From the NCBI GenBank assembly GCA_039586365.1, contig JBDHKN010000021.1:1-50198 (forward strand): a stretch of DNA of 50,198 nucleotides, in the 5' to 3' direction. Source of the DNA: Gemmatimonadota bacterium (lineage in GTDB: Bacteria > Gemmatimonadota > Gemmatimonadetes > Gemmatimonadales > GWC2-71-9). The notes beneath the pieces were generated by a model. That model saw only the letters and a list, made by a program, of their open reading frames with translations, searched no databases and was not told where the DNA came from. The position numbers were made by a program, and so were the translations under genes. Shown here piece after piece: positions 35,559-45,399 of the stretch (position 1 is the stretch's first letter; every line of letters starts with the position of its first letter).

Positions 35559-37505
35559 TCACATCCCCTGTCTTATCCAGACGTTGTTGTTGCGATCGTC
35601 GTCCGGGTACACTCCTCGTGGGTCGATCTCGACACGAGCGAGTTGCGGGTGGGCAGGCAACCGGTACACGAAGTCGGGACCAAGTTTCCACATCTCGACC
35701 GGTAGTCTGACGGTCCTCGACGTACCGTCACTGTACTCCAATCCTAGTTCCAGCGGCATCAACATCTCACCCCGACTCCGGAGGTGGATCTGCGTTTCCG
35801 TACTGTCATTACCGATGGTCACCTGCTCGACAGCCTGGTCGAGGCGTGCTGCTGTATAGATCCAGCCACGCCAGAACCAATCGAGGTCCATCCCCGAAGC
35901 ATTCTCCATGAAGCGAAAGAAGTCCGCCGGGTAAGGGTGCTTGAAGCTCCACGCTTGAGTGTATTCCGAGAACGCGCGATCGAAGAGTTCTGCACCCATT
36001 ACCTCGCTCCTCAGGAGATGCAGCATGAGCGCCGGCTTGAAATACGCCACCCAGTACAGGTCATGCTGCTCATCCGGCGGCAACGCCATCGCCTGTTCCT
36101 GCCCGAGGATCGAGTGGATCGGATACAGGTGAAGCGGTTGCTGGTCAATCGTGTCAGCATAAGCTTCGCCCATGAAATACTCCTGGACCGACGCGATGTT
36201 GACGAAGGTGTTGAATCCCTCATCCATCCACGGGTGTACGCGCTCCTTCGAGTTCACCAGCATGGGAAACCACTCGTGTCCAAACTCGTGGGTGAGCACC
36301 CAGTAGAGTTCTTCCCGCGATGTCCCTACCGGCACAAACGTAAGCATAGGATACTCCATTCCCTCGATCGGTCCCGCCACCGTGGTGGCCTGCGGCCATG
36401 GATAGCGCGCCAGGTTTTCTGAGAAGTGCTTGATGGTAACCCATGCCATCCGATTCGCTTCCTCCCACAGGTTGGCCTCGGGGCGATAGAAGGTCTGAAT
36501 AAGTGTGCCATCCCAGCTGCTGGCATCCCAACGGAAATCGGGTGCCATGGCGAATGCGAAGTCCCTGACATTCTCGGCGGAGAAGCGCCAGGTCTTGGTA
36601 CCATTCATCCGGTTCTGCCGCGCCGCCAGTGCTTCTTCCCGAGTTATGATCGGTACCGCGGTGTTCGAGTTGCGCGCCCGCGCGAGACGCTCACGCTGCG
36701 CTGATGAAAGCACCTCGTCAGGGTTGTCGATCATCCCAGTCGCCGCTACCATGTAGCCGGCAGGCACCGTAAGGGTGACGCTGAAGTCCCCGTACTCCTG
36801 GTAGAACTCCACTGCTCCTAAGAATGGCTCGACGTTCCAGCCGCTCATGTCGTCGTACACTGCCACCCGCGGATACCACTGGGCTATCTCGTACAAAGTG
36901 CCGTCACGTCCCATCCGTCCGTAGCCGTATTCGGGCAGTGTCCAGTACCATACCAGAGTCAGCTCGAGGGCCTCCCCGGAGGCTAGTGGCTGCGGCAGAT
37001 CGACGCGTACGATTGTACCGAGTACATCATAGGACAGCGGGCGTCTGCCAGATTCCACACGCTCGAGTGTCATCCCGTTTCCTCCCTGGCAGGAGAAGTC
37101 GAACACCGCATCTCCGAACCTGAGCGGCGGCACGTTCAGTTCAGCCGACAGGCTATGTTGATCGCATAAGTTCGCGTCCAGCTTGAGCCACACGAACGGC
37201 AACTCATCCGGCGAGTTGTTTTGGTAACGGATGGTCCCACTACCGTTCAGCACATGTGTGTCTGTAGCGATCCGTGCCTCGAGCACGTAGTCGACACGCT
37301 GCTGCCAGTACCCGGCTCCTGGTCGACCGGAGCCGGTCCGGAACGAGTTGGGCGTCGGCAGGTCGAGCGGCCGGAAGGGAGATAGCTCCGCCCAGCCGCG
37401 AGACGCCTGGACAGTAGTCTGTGCCGACACCGTACCGGGGATGAAGACGAGAACGGCTACGAGGACCGAAGTGGGAAAACGGCAGGCTCGCGCAAGCACA
37501 CTCAT
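35559..37505 (-). CDS. Secreted M1 family metallopeptidase
   Basis: YWQQRVDY, QWYPR, GMEYP, HEFGHEWFP, WMDEGFN and AYFKPA; AGGAGG RBS before ATG 37508/37505. Confidence 0.9.
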   Translation of the reverse strand: MSVLARACRFPTSVLVAVLVFIPGTVSAQTTVQASRGWAELSPFRPLDLPTPNSFRTGSGRPGAGYWQQRVDYVLEARIATDTHVLNGSGTIRYQNNSPDELPFVWLKLDANLCDQHSLSAELNVPPLRFGDAVFDFSCQGGNGMTLERVESGRRPLSYDVLGTIVRVDLPQPLASGEALELTLVWYWTLPEYGYGRMGRDGTLYEIAQWYPRVAVYDDMSGWNVEPFLGAVEFYQEYGDFSVTLTVPAGYMVAATGMIDNPDEVLSSAQRERLARARNSNTAVPIITREEALAARQNRMNGTKTWRFSAENVRDFAFAMAPDFRWDASSWDGTLIQTFYRPEANLWEEANRMAWVTIKHFSENLARYPWPQATTVAGPIEGMEYPMLTFVPVGTSREELYWVLTHEFGHEWFPMLVNSKERVHPWMDEGFNTFVNIASVQEYFMGEAYADTIDQQPLHLYPIHSILGQEQAMALPPDEQHDLYWVAYFKPALMLHLLRSEVMGAELFDRAFSEYTQAWSFKHPYPADFFRFMENASGMDLDWFWRGWIYTAARLDQAVEQVTIGNDSTETQIHLRSRGEMLMPLELGLEYSDGTSRTVRLPVEMWKLGPDFVYRLPAHPQLARVEIDPRGVYPDDDRNNNVWIRQGM

Positions 37506-37708
37506 CATGGCCTCCTGGGTATCCAGTCGAGCGGAAATCTCGTTGCTGCTCAACACACCTCATCCAGAGATGGGTTGGCGGCTGTAGATCGCACCGAAGA
37601 TTAGTTTGGTGGCAGCCAGAGTGACAGGTGGCAATAACGGCAGAGTGGCAAGAACGGCTGGGGTGTTCCGGCCCCCTCCCGAGATATGCTGGGAGACGGT
37701 GAGGGAAC

Positions 37709-37756
37709 GCTGACGGCTGAGGCCGACAGTTGCACGTTGATAGCTGACAGCTGAAT
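37709..37756 (+). repeat. Degenerate tandem heptamer array (GCTGACA-like, about 7 units)
   Basis: GCTGACG-GCTGAG-GCCGACA-GTTGCAC-GTTGATA-GCTGACA-GCTGAAT directly after the addA stop. Confidence 0.6.
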
Positions 37757-40700
37757 CACCCCAACGGCAAATCCAGCTGACCCGCATTCACCCCCTTACA
37801 CCAGCCAACCCTATTGTAGCCACACCAGTGACATTCCGTCGGGTGTGCCGTGAGTGCTGGCCGCTGTTCAGTCATCCTGCTGAGACGCTGCTTCAGCGAA
37901 GCCGCGATTCTCGCGCTCGCTTCTTCCGTGATGCTCTCGGATATCTGCAGTCCCGCCCGTGAGAATTGGAACGCGAAGCGCGCCGCTCGCATTCCCGCGA
38001 TCCCTTCGGCAGACGCCACATATACGTCCCGCTGAGGTTGGTACTGCTCTGCCTTGCGTTGCGCGACAGCCGCGTCACATTGGCTCGTCTTCACGTCGAG
38101 CAAGGCATACCCGCTCACCTCGGGCGCCACAAGGTCGATCTTGCCTTGGTAGCAGTGCTCTGAGTCAGCGAGATGCAAGAACCCAAGCTCCCGTCGCGCT
38201 CCAGACGCGTCGGCGATCAACCGGTATTCGGGATGCACGCTCACCGATCTGATCTCTTCGTGGAGGGCCCTGCGGTACCGTGCCCCCTCAGTCGACTCAG
38301 GTGGTGGGGCTTCCTCATCCCAGCGACCGATGGCGTCCTCGAGTAACGAGTCGAGCTCATCCTCCTGCCGCAAATGCTCCAACACGTCATGGACAATCTG
38401 GCCCCTCTTCACCGCGGCGATGAAGTCGTCACCTGCTCGATCTACGGGTGGCTCGCGCAGCCCTTGGATATACTTGAACCAGTGGCGCCGCTCGCAGCGG
38501 GCAAACGCTAACATCTCAGTGGCCGAGTGTCGCGTACCGCCCGGAATCGTGGTCAGCGGATGTTTCGGCTCGGCGAGCGAGGTGAGCTCAGCAATGGGAG
38601 CCATTGGGGGCACTTGCGCCTCAGCAGCACTGAAGGTGGCGGTGGTGGGAACGGCCAGCCACACGACACCTCGATGCTCCCTGCCATCGTTTCCCTGGTA
38701 CGTAAAAGCGCTGCCGTCCACCGCTGGAAACGATGGGAGCATCGTCCACAAGTCCCCTGCGGGTGTGCCGGATTTTGGTTTCTCCCGTTGACCGAGTGGT
38801 AGTCCCGTAACGATCAGACGCTCCATGGCACGTGTCATGGCCACGTACCACAGGCGGCGATCCTCCGCCGCTTCCTCACGATCGATCGAGTTCTTGAGTT
38901 CCTTCCACGCCTGACCCTCATCTCTCTGGTGATCGACAGCCGGGTTCCGCAGCACTATCCGGTCGCGCCCTCTCAGCGGATCTGGGGCGCTCCAGGATGC
39001 CGTCTGCCGGATCGTATCACACCAGAAAACGACCGGCCATTCCAGTCCCTTGGCTGCATGAATCGAAGTAATTGTGACAACGTCGTCTCGCTGCCCGTAG
39101 AGCAATGCACTACCCACGCGGTCACCGCGGGAGCGCGCATCTGCGATTGTCTGTAAGAAGCCGCCAAGTCCTCGCTTGCGCATGCCGCGAGCGATTCGCA
39201 CCAGCTTCCTTACGTTGGCGATCTCCTGAACCTTATCGCCCATCAGTGCCAGGTGCGCCAGGTAACCCGACTCATCGATTAGGCTCTGGAGTGTTCGATC
39301 GGTAGTGATACGATCTCGCATTGCAACGTGGCGTTGAAGCAGCGCTACTCCCCACTCCAAGCGACGCCGCTCTTCGCGCGCCAGGACGTCAAACCCCTCA
39401 CCTAGACTCAGCCGACGCCAGTAAGGTGTGCCGTCGAGAGCGAGGGCCAATCCGAGTAGAGACTCATCCTTGAGCGTTACGCAGGGACCTCGCAGGAAAC
39501 CGAACAGCGCGCGATCGTCGTACGGCTCATATATGGCGGTCAATGCAACGATCAGATCTGCGACCTCCTGACGCTCGTAAAATCCTTCCGTGCGGAGGAT
39601 GTACGTGGGGGCTCGTTGCCGCTCCAGAGCCCTACGGTACTTTTCCACGTCCCTCCAGCTGGCCAGCAACACGGCCATGTCGCCCCAACGGATCCCGTCG
39701 TCATTCAACTCTCGTGCACGCCGCGCCATCGCGTCGGACTCGATGAGCCGGATCTCGTCCGAACCATAGTCCTTACCGTTCTCCTTCGTGGGAACAAGAA
39801 TCACCTCTACAGGTAGGCCGTCACCTTGTTCTTCCCCGTTGCCAACAGTCAACGGCTCGAACGGGACTTCGTAATCTGCGTGTTTGTCGCCGGCTAGCGG
39901 TGAGTCGAGCAATCTGCCGACGGTGGCATCCACGAAGTCGATGATCGGTGCCTTACTGCGGAAGTTCTCTGGTAGCGGTAGAACGCTGGCATTCTCCCAC
40001 GATCGGAATTGGCGCTCAACCTGGCGCCACACCGATACGTCTGCCCGCCGGAATCGGTAGATGCTCTGCTTGGCGTCGCCGACCAACATGAGTCGTGTGG
40101 TGTCTGTGCGTCCCGAAGCGGGATCTCCCAGCAAGTAAGCGATTTCCCGCTGAGCAGGATCGACGTCCTGGAACTCATCGACTATGAGAGTCTGGATCCT
40201 GCGGCGCAGTGCGTGGCGCGCGTAGTCGTCATGCCGCAAGAGATCCCGGGTCCACACGATCATGCGGTCGAAATCGACCAGACATTCGTCGTCAAGGCGC
40301 CGTTCCAGAGCTGTGAGTGATTCCAGCGCCAGGTCGATCAAGATCTGCTCGTCCTCCCCGTGCTCTTCCCGATTGGCGGCAATCGATCGCAGCCGGTCGC
40401 TCTCGTCGAGCAGCTGCTCCACCATCCCGCGGACCTTGGAGGGCGAACGACCAGCCAGCAGCCGCTCAATACCTGGAACGGTGCGGCGCTCTAACGCAAT
40501 GAGCAGTGTGTCGCGAACCACCTCGCCTACCAGCTCCAGCCCTTCACCCTCCTCAAGCACACGCGGGTTTGGATTGCGGCCGCGTCGTAAACCGAACTCA
40601 CGCAGCACGTCGCCACAGAACGCGTGGATCGTGCCAATCCGCGCCGTGTCAACTCCGTACGCCTCGTCACGGCGTCCAGCATCCCGCAGCGCTTTCCTGA

Positions 40701-40929
40701 GTTTGAGCTTCAAGTCGGCTGCGGCTTTGTTGGTGAACGTGATCGCTGCGATCTGCCTCAGTTCGAGCGGTTTGTCCGTCTGCCGCCCCTCTACCTCAAC
40801 ACCTAGCAGGTACAGCACCCGTGCAACCACGGTTCGGGTCTTTCCCGACCCTGCGCCTGCGGATACCAGTACGTGACGATCTGCAGCCAGGGCAGCATCC
40901 CTCTGGTGGGGCGACAGTCGCCACGTCAT
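37756..40929 (-). CDS. addA: AddA-like UvrD/SF1A helicase with a C-terminal PD-(D/E)XK nuclease
   Basis: AGAGSGKT, ITFTNKAA, TIHAFC, DEFQD, VGDAKQSIYRFR, ENFRS, SIHAAKGLEW and YVAMTRA; nuclease GKIDLV..LLDVKT. ATG 40929 overlaps the addB stop. Confidence 0.88.
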   Translation of the reverse strand: MTWRLSPHQRDAALAADRHVLVSAGAGSGKTRTVVARVLYLLGVEVEGRQTDKPLELRQIAAITFTNKAAADLKLKLRKALRDAGRRDEAYGVDTARIGTIHAFCGDVLREFGLRRGRNPNPRVLEEGEGLELVGEVVRDTLLIALERRTVPGIERLLAGRSPSKVRGMVEQLLDESDRLRSIAANREEHGEDEQILIDLALESLTALERRLDDECLVDFDRMIVWTRDLLRHDDYARHALRRRIQTLIVDEFQDVDPAQREIAYLLGDPASGRTDTTRLMLVGDAKQSIYRFRRADVSVWRQVERQFRSWENASVLPLPENFRSKAPIIDFVDATVGRLLDSPLAGDKHADYEVPFEPLTVGNGEEQGDGLPVEVILVPTKENGKDYGSDEIRLIESDAMARRARELNDDGIRWGDMAVLLASWRDVEKYRRALERQRAPTYILRTEGFYERQEVADLIVALTAIYEPYDDRALFGFLRGPCVTLKDESLLGLALALDGTPYWRRLSLGEGFDVLAREERRRLEWGVALLQRHVAMRDRITTDRTLQSLIDESGYLAHLALMGDKVQEIANVRKLVRIARGMRKRGLGGFLQTIADARSRGDRVGSALLYGQRDDVVTITSIHAAKGLEWPVVFWCDTIRQTASWSAPDPLRGRDRIVLRNPAVDHQRDEGQAWKELKNSIDREEAAEDRRLWYVAMTRAMERLIVTGLPLGQREKPKSGTPAGDLWTMLPSFPAVDGSAFTYQGNDGREHRGVVWLAVPTTATFSAAEAQVPPMAPIAELTSLAEPKHPLTTIPGGTRHSATEMLAFARCERRHWFKYIQGLREPPVDRAGDDFIAAVKRGQIVHDVLEHLRQEDELDSLLEDAIGRWDEEAPPPESTEGARYRRALHEEIRSVSVHPEYRLIADASGARRELGFLHLADSEHCYQGKIDLVAPEVSGYALLDVKTSQCDAAVAQRKAEQYQPQRDVYVASAEGIAGMRAARFAFQFSRAGLQISESITEEASARIAASLKQRLSRMTEQRPALTAHPTECHWCGYNRVGWCKGVNAGQLDLPLG

Positions 40930-43900
40930 CGGCTCCTCCCCTTTGTCTCCTGCACCACTCGGCAGATGTCGGCGCCGTGACACCACGAGGGGCAACTGCA
41001 CGATGGAGGAACTTCCGCCGGGAAATGACCGCTCCTAATGCGGCGCACGTACTCAGCAACGCAATCCAGCGCCTGCTCGAACTTCTGCGTCGCAGCGGGC
41101 TGCTGAACAAGCAGTGGTCCTTTCCAGTTCACTTCGTAGAGCTGTAATCGGTGCACCGCTTTGTCATCTCTCTTGGCAAGCGCACGGTACTCGACCCTGG
41201 CCACGTCGCCTCCAGGCACCAGTGTACGCAGTGCGTGCGCGTACAGCGGAACCTGCAAGACCGCGCCATCGTCCCAGGCCTTGGGATTGCCTGCGCCTGG
41301 GGTGCTGAACTCAGTCGTTTTGTAGTCCACCGCCGCTACGAGGTGCTGTGAATCGACGCGCTCGTCGCACCCGACTTCCACGCGGTCGATGAAACCACGG
41401 TAAAGCACCCGCACACCTGCACGGTCGAGCACAGCCCTGCCGAAACTCATTTCATGTTCAGCCACGGCAGTACGTACCATCTTGGGTGCGTTTCCGCGAT
41501 TCGAGCTGGTCATCCTATCGTGCAGATCGACCTCCCACTCGAGGTACCCCATGACGATTCGCTTCAGTTCCTCTCTCTTGGCGGGAAGTAGTGATTCGTG
41601 ACCGACCCACCTTTCGTCCCGTGCAGCGGCGATAGCCTCCTCCAGCGCCACCTTGGCTTCCCGTTCAATCCACCCCGCATCCGCCTGGTTGAGGAACACC
41701 GGACCGCCTTTGATCTCGGCAGCGCGATCAAAGAATCGCTTCAGTGTGTCGTGCAGTATGCTACCGCGTGTGGCCGGATCCATCTCTTGGTCGGGGTCGT
41801 CGACTCTCTCGAGCCTGAGCAACCGGGCCGAGAACCAGCCCCACGGGCAGTTTGCGTATTGTTCGAGTTGCGAAGGGCTCCACACATAGTGGTCTCCGTA
41901 GCGGTCGGCGAGCCGGTCGAGCAATGCGCTGTCTTCTATCTGACCACTGTAGACAGTGAAAGCCCCGGTCTCTCTCACGCGCTCTACCTGCGCTGCATAC
42001 ACAGCCTGGTCGCCCGCTTCCGCCGTCACAAAGGTCGGCACGTCAGACGTGAGCACGCGGTGGGGTGGAATCTCCTGCCAGTTCAGTCTGTGGCATTCCT
42101 CCACCGCCTCGACGAACGACGACGGAGCTTGCAGATCTCCCAGCTCGTCCATGTTGACATAGGACAGCGTTACCGAGCGCACCGCCCCAGCCAACAGAAT
42201 CCGGAATAGGCCCCGTTCGCGAGCATCCCACACCCCGGTGCCCTCGAGAGGTATTCCGAGCGCGCGGAGTGCCGCCCGGCCGCTGTCGTCGAGAACCGCC
42301 ACCCGCGGGGCAGGCGACGGGAAATGCCCCACCTCCATGCCCACAATGAAAAGGTGGTCGAACGACCGGTAGGCTGCCGCGAGTCCCTCGAGCACCTGGA
42401 CACCCCGCCGGTTTTTCGTCCAGAGAGCGGTGTCACCGGAGAGAACGCTCTGCAACCGTGCGTGGAACCGGCTCGCGTCCATCGGGCTGGACTCGGTACC
42501 CCAAGTCTCGAGGGCTTCCCGCCATTCGCTTACCACCTCCCCGAGTGCCCTCCAGCCCGCTAAGTCGGCGCGCGCCAGCTCGAATTGGCCCTCAGGTACC
42601 GCATATATCCCTGCGGCAATGGCGAGTGGATCGTCAGCCAAGAACCTCTCGAACCATCGCACCCACGGGAGTAACACGCGTGTCTCATCGAGTGGGCGTA
42701 CTACCGCAGCGAACCGTTTGAACGCCGCTACAGTGCGCGACACGCGTACGGCTGACGGAACATCCCGGCGGCGGCGTTCCTCGTCGTCGGCCTCCCCGGA
42801 CTCGAACCATTGCGACTCCTGTTCCAGTTGAACCAACGCCGTTAGCCACGCGTCGATGCCGGCAACCACTTCGCGGTAGCCTATGTGATTCAACACACTC
42901 ACATCAAGATCGTTGGCGTAGTACGGTTGAGCTGACAGGTCAACGATGGCGCGACGGTTCCAACCGACTGCAGCAGCTTTGAAGAGGGCGAGCACACTGC
43001 GCACTACCGGGATCTCAGCGAATCCCATCCTCAAGCGTGCAGTGGCGGGAACGGCCGCACGAGCCAGCGCCGTCACAATGAGTTCTACGTGCGGTCGCGC
43101 CTTGCGGCTCACCACACCGATGCGGTGCAGTGGTGTGCCGTGCTCTGCCAGCATGCGCACTCGCCGTGCGACTTCTTCGGCCTCCCGGTCTGGATCGGGC
43201 GCGGCAATGAGATCGACGCTGACTTCGCTTCGCTCACCCCCGTCGAACAGGGCAGTGCCAAACACAGGTCGGTGATCCAAATGCTGGACCGTCCCCACCA
43301 GCTCCTCCTGCAGCAACTCCTCTGCAGCGTAGACCACGACACGGTCGAGCGCAGGCGAGTTGACCAAGGCTGCAAGCAGCCGGCGCCACCCACCCCGCAG
43401 ATCGTGCAAGCCAAAGATCCTGATCTCGCGCCGCCCCCCCAAGCGCTGGCTAAGAACCTCTGAACCAACCGCCACCGCCCTGGCACAGTCCTCATACGTA
43501 TCGCGACCATCACGTCGCTCTGCCGCATCGAGTCTTTCGATGTATGCACGATAGGTGAGAGCCAACTCGTGGTCCCGAACAACCTCAAAAGGATCTCCCT
43601 CACGCCGCCCCACGGCTCGGAGAAAAGCGTCAGCCCCAACGCCTTCCTGCACCAGTTCTCCGAACAGGCGGTCCACCGCGTCCAGGAATGCACCCACATC
43701 GTGGATCCTGCCAAGCACGTCACCCGCTGCTTCGCGCAACACGGTGGCGAGCAGCACGATTCGTTCGTAGTCCCCGAGCGGCCTTCGTCTGGTATGACCA
43801 AGCCAATCCGGCAACTCGTGGAATATGCAGAGCGGCGGGTCGAACCAGCCCTGTACACCTCGCTCGGCAGCCGCGCGAATCAGGTGGTCACGGAGTCCGC

Positions 43901-44039
43901 CTTGCCGGAGCGCTAGGAGGTAATCAGGTGACGGAAAAGGATTCTGTGCGGCTGCAGTGAGCGGTACGAGGAAAGCCTCCGCAGCGGCCTCGAGGAGGCG
44001 TATTGGATCCGAGCAGAAGACGAAGTGGGAGTCGGCCAT
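40926..44039 (-). CDS. addB: AddB-like inactive helicase with a PD-(D/E)XK nuclease (Fe-S staple)
   Basis: No Walker A; SPSQLEQYANCPW, RGSILH, GFIDRVE, VDYKT, LQVPLY and CSCPSWCHGADICR; paired with addA. Confidence 0.85.
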   Translation of the reverse strand: MADSHFVFCSDPIRLLEAAAEAFLVPLTAAAQNPFPSPDYLLALRQGGLRDHLIRAAAERGVQGWFDPPLCIFHELPDWLGHTRRRPLGDYERIVLLATVLREAAGDVLGRIHDVGAFLDAVDRLFGELVQEGVGADAFLRAVGRREGDPFEVVRDHELALTYRAYIERLDAAERRDGRDTYEDCARAVAVGSEVLSQRLGGRREIRIFGLHDLRGGWRRLLAALVNSPALDRVVVYAAEELLQEELVGTVQHLDHRPVFGTALFDGGERSEVSVDLIAAPDPDREAEEVARRVRMLAEHGTPLHRIGVVSRKARPHVELIVTALARAAVPATARLRMGFAEIPVVRSVLALFKAAAVGWNRRAIVDLSAQPYYANDLDVSVLNHIGYREVVAGIDAWLTALVQLEQESQWFESGEADDEERRRRDVPSAVRVSRTVAAFKRFAAVVRPLDETRVLLPWVRWFERFLADDPLAIAAGIYAVPEGQFELARADLAGWRALGEVVSEWREALETWGTESSPMDASRFHARLQSVLSGDTALWTKNRRGVQVLEGLAAAYRSFDHLFIVGMEVGHFPSPAPRVAVLDDSGRAALRALGIPLEGTGVWDARERGLFRILLAGAVRSVTLSYVNMDELGDLQAPSSFVEAVEECHRLNWQEIPPHRVLTSDVPTFVTAEAGDQAVYAAQVERVRETGAFTVYSGQIEDSALLDRLADRYGDHYVWSPSQLEQYANCPWGWFSARLLRLERVDDPDQEMDPATRGSILHDTLKRFFDRAAEIKGGPVFLNQADAGWIEREAKVALEEAIAAARDERWVGHESLLPAKREELKRIVMGYLEWEVDLHDRMTSSNRGNAPKMVRTAVAEHEMSFGRAVLDRAGVRVLYRGFIDRVEVGCDERVDSQHLVAAVDYKTTEFSTPGAGNPKAWDDGAVLQVPLYAHALRTLVPGGDVARVEYRALAKRDDKAVHRLQLYEVNWKGPLLVQQPAATQKFEQALDCVAEYVRRIRSGHFPAEVPPSCSCPSWCHGADICRVVQETKGRSR

Positions 44040-44112
44040 GGGTTAGGATAGCTCTGCGGTGTGACGGCAGCAAAGCGATTGCGGCGGGACAAACCAATCC
44101 CGCCCACAAACC

Positions 44113-45153
44113 TTAAACATTGAATAGTACGTGCAAGATGTCTCCGTCGGACACTACGTAGTCTTTTCCCTCCACCTGGAGCAGGCCGGCGTTCTTCACG
44201 GCTAGTTCGGAGCCGTGCTCCATGAACACCCTATAAGGCATCACCTCAGCCCGAATGAAGCCACGCTCCAGATCCGAATGAATGCGTCCTGCCGCTTGGC
44301 GTGCTTTGGTTCCGCGCTTGATCGTCCAGGCCCGCACGTCGTCCGCACCAACAGTGAAGAAGGATACGAGGTCTAGGAGACCGTAGGCAGTTCGGATGAA
44401 GCGGGCCAGCGCCGACTCGGAGTGTCCCAGATCCTGCAAGAATGCCGCCTGATCCGCGGCCTCCAGGGAGGCTATCTCGGCCTCCACGCTGGCCGAGAGT
44501 ACCAGACCTGCGGCATGGATCGCGGTGAGTGCCGTGGCAATTTCAGCGGGCAACTCCTCGGAAGCTTCTCTCTCGCCGCGGTTCAGCGCAACCAGTAGTG
44601 GCCTGTCACTGAGCATGCCGTAGCCCGTGAAATGGTCCCGGTTCAGCTCGGCTGGAGACAGGGACCGCACCGGGCGCTGTTGCTCCAAGACCTCCTTCAT
44701 TCTCTCGAATGCCCCTAGCTCCAGAGCACCGATCCCGTCCTTTCGAGCCCGGTAGAGCCGCCGCTCAACGACGTCGAGATCGGCGAATACGCACTCGGTA
44801 TGGAAGGCCTCCAGATCGGCCAGGGGATCGGGGTCTCCTTGGAGCGTGGGATTCACAAAGTCCCGCAACACGAGGCAAAGTGCATCCTGATCGCGTATCT
44901 GCTGCAGCGCTTTGGGTGAGAGCCCTCTTTTTTCGGCGCCATACTCCCCCGGTATGTCACAGAAGCTGATCTCAGCGTAGGTGGTTTTCTTGGGTGAAAA
45001 GACCTCCGCCAGCCTGTTGATCCGCTCGTCCGGCACCCGCACCATTCCAAGCCGCACTGTGCCGCCGAAGCCCACTGGCGCAGCGAGGGCAGTCATGGCG
45101 TTGAAGACAGTAGTCTTCCCCGATCCAGCAAAGCCAACCAAACCGACTTTCAT
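44113..45153 (-). CDS. ychF: Divergent YchF/OLA1-family P-loop NTPase
   Basis: GLVGFAGSGKTT, VPDER, DIPG, NRGE, SFFTVG, AGRIHSDLERGFIRAEV and EGKDYVVSDGD. Confidence 0.88.
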   Translation of the reverse strand: MKVGLVGFAGSGKTTVFNAMTALAAPVGFGGTVRLGMVRVPDERINRLAEVFSPKKTTYAEISFCDIPGEYGAEKRGLSPKALQQIRDQDALCLVLRDFVNPTLQGDPDPLADLEAFHTECVFADLDVVERRLYRARKDGIGALELGAFERMKEVLEQQRPVRSLSPAELNRDHFTGYGMLSDRPLLVALNRGEREASEELPAEIATALTAIHAAGLVLSASVEAEIASLEAADQAAFLQDLGHSESALARFIRTAYGLLDLVSFFTVGADDVRAWTIKRGTKARQAAGRIHSDLERGFIRAEVMPYRVFMEHGSELAVKNAGLLQVEGKDYVVSDGDILHVLFNV

Positions 45154-45399
45154 CTAGCTCCCATCATTTGGACGCGTCGCAAACAGTATCACAATGCCTG
45201 CTTGCTGCCGTTATCGGCCAGCCCACCGCACCACGCGGTTGCAGCGGTGACGGCCGGCCGGCGTGTGATCTTAATCGGACTCGGTCTAGCCACCAACACC
45301 AACAGGTAGCTGCTGAGAGGCCCTAGCCATCTGCCGCCACTTGAGCTAAATGAACTAGCATCACACTGGCACACCTCATTCTCCCTTGCTGAGGAACGC

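Noticed and set aside
37756..44039. Anti-phage helicase-nuclease or Cas4/CRISPR system
   Set aside because: Architecture and housekeeping context fit AddAB recombination repair; no repeats, spacers, cas genes or defence island.
45367..45390. TGGCAC...TTGC as a sigma-54 promoter before mmsA
   Set aside because: The GG to GC spacing is not the required 10 nt.
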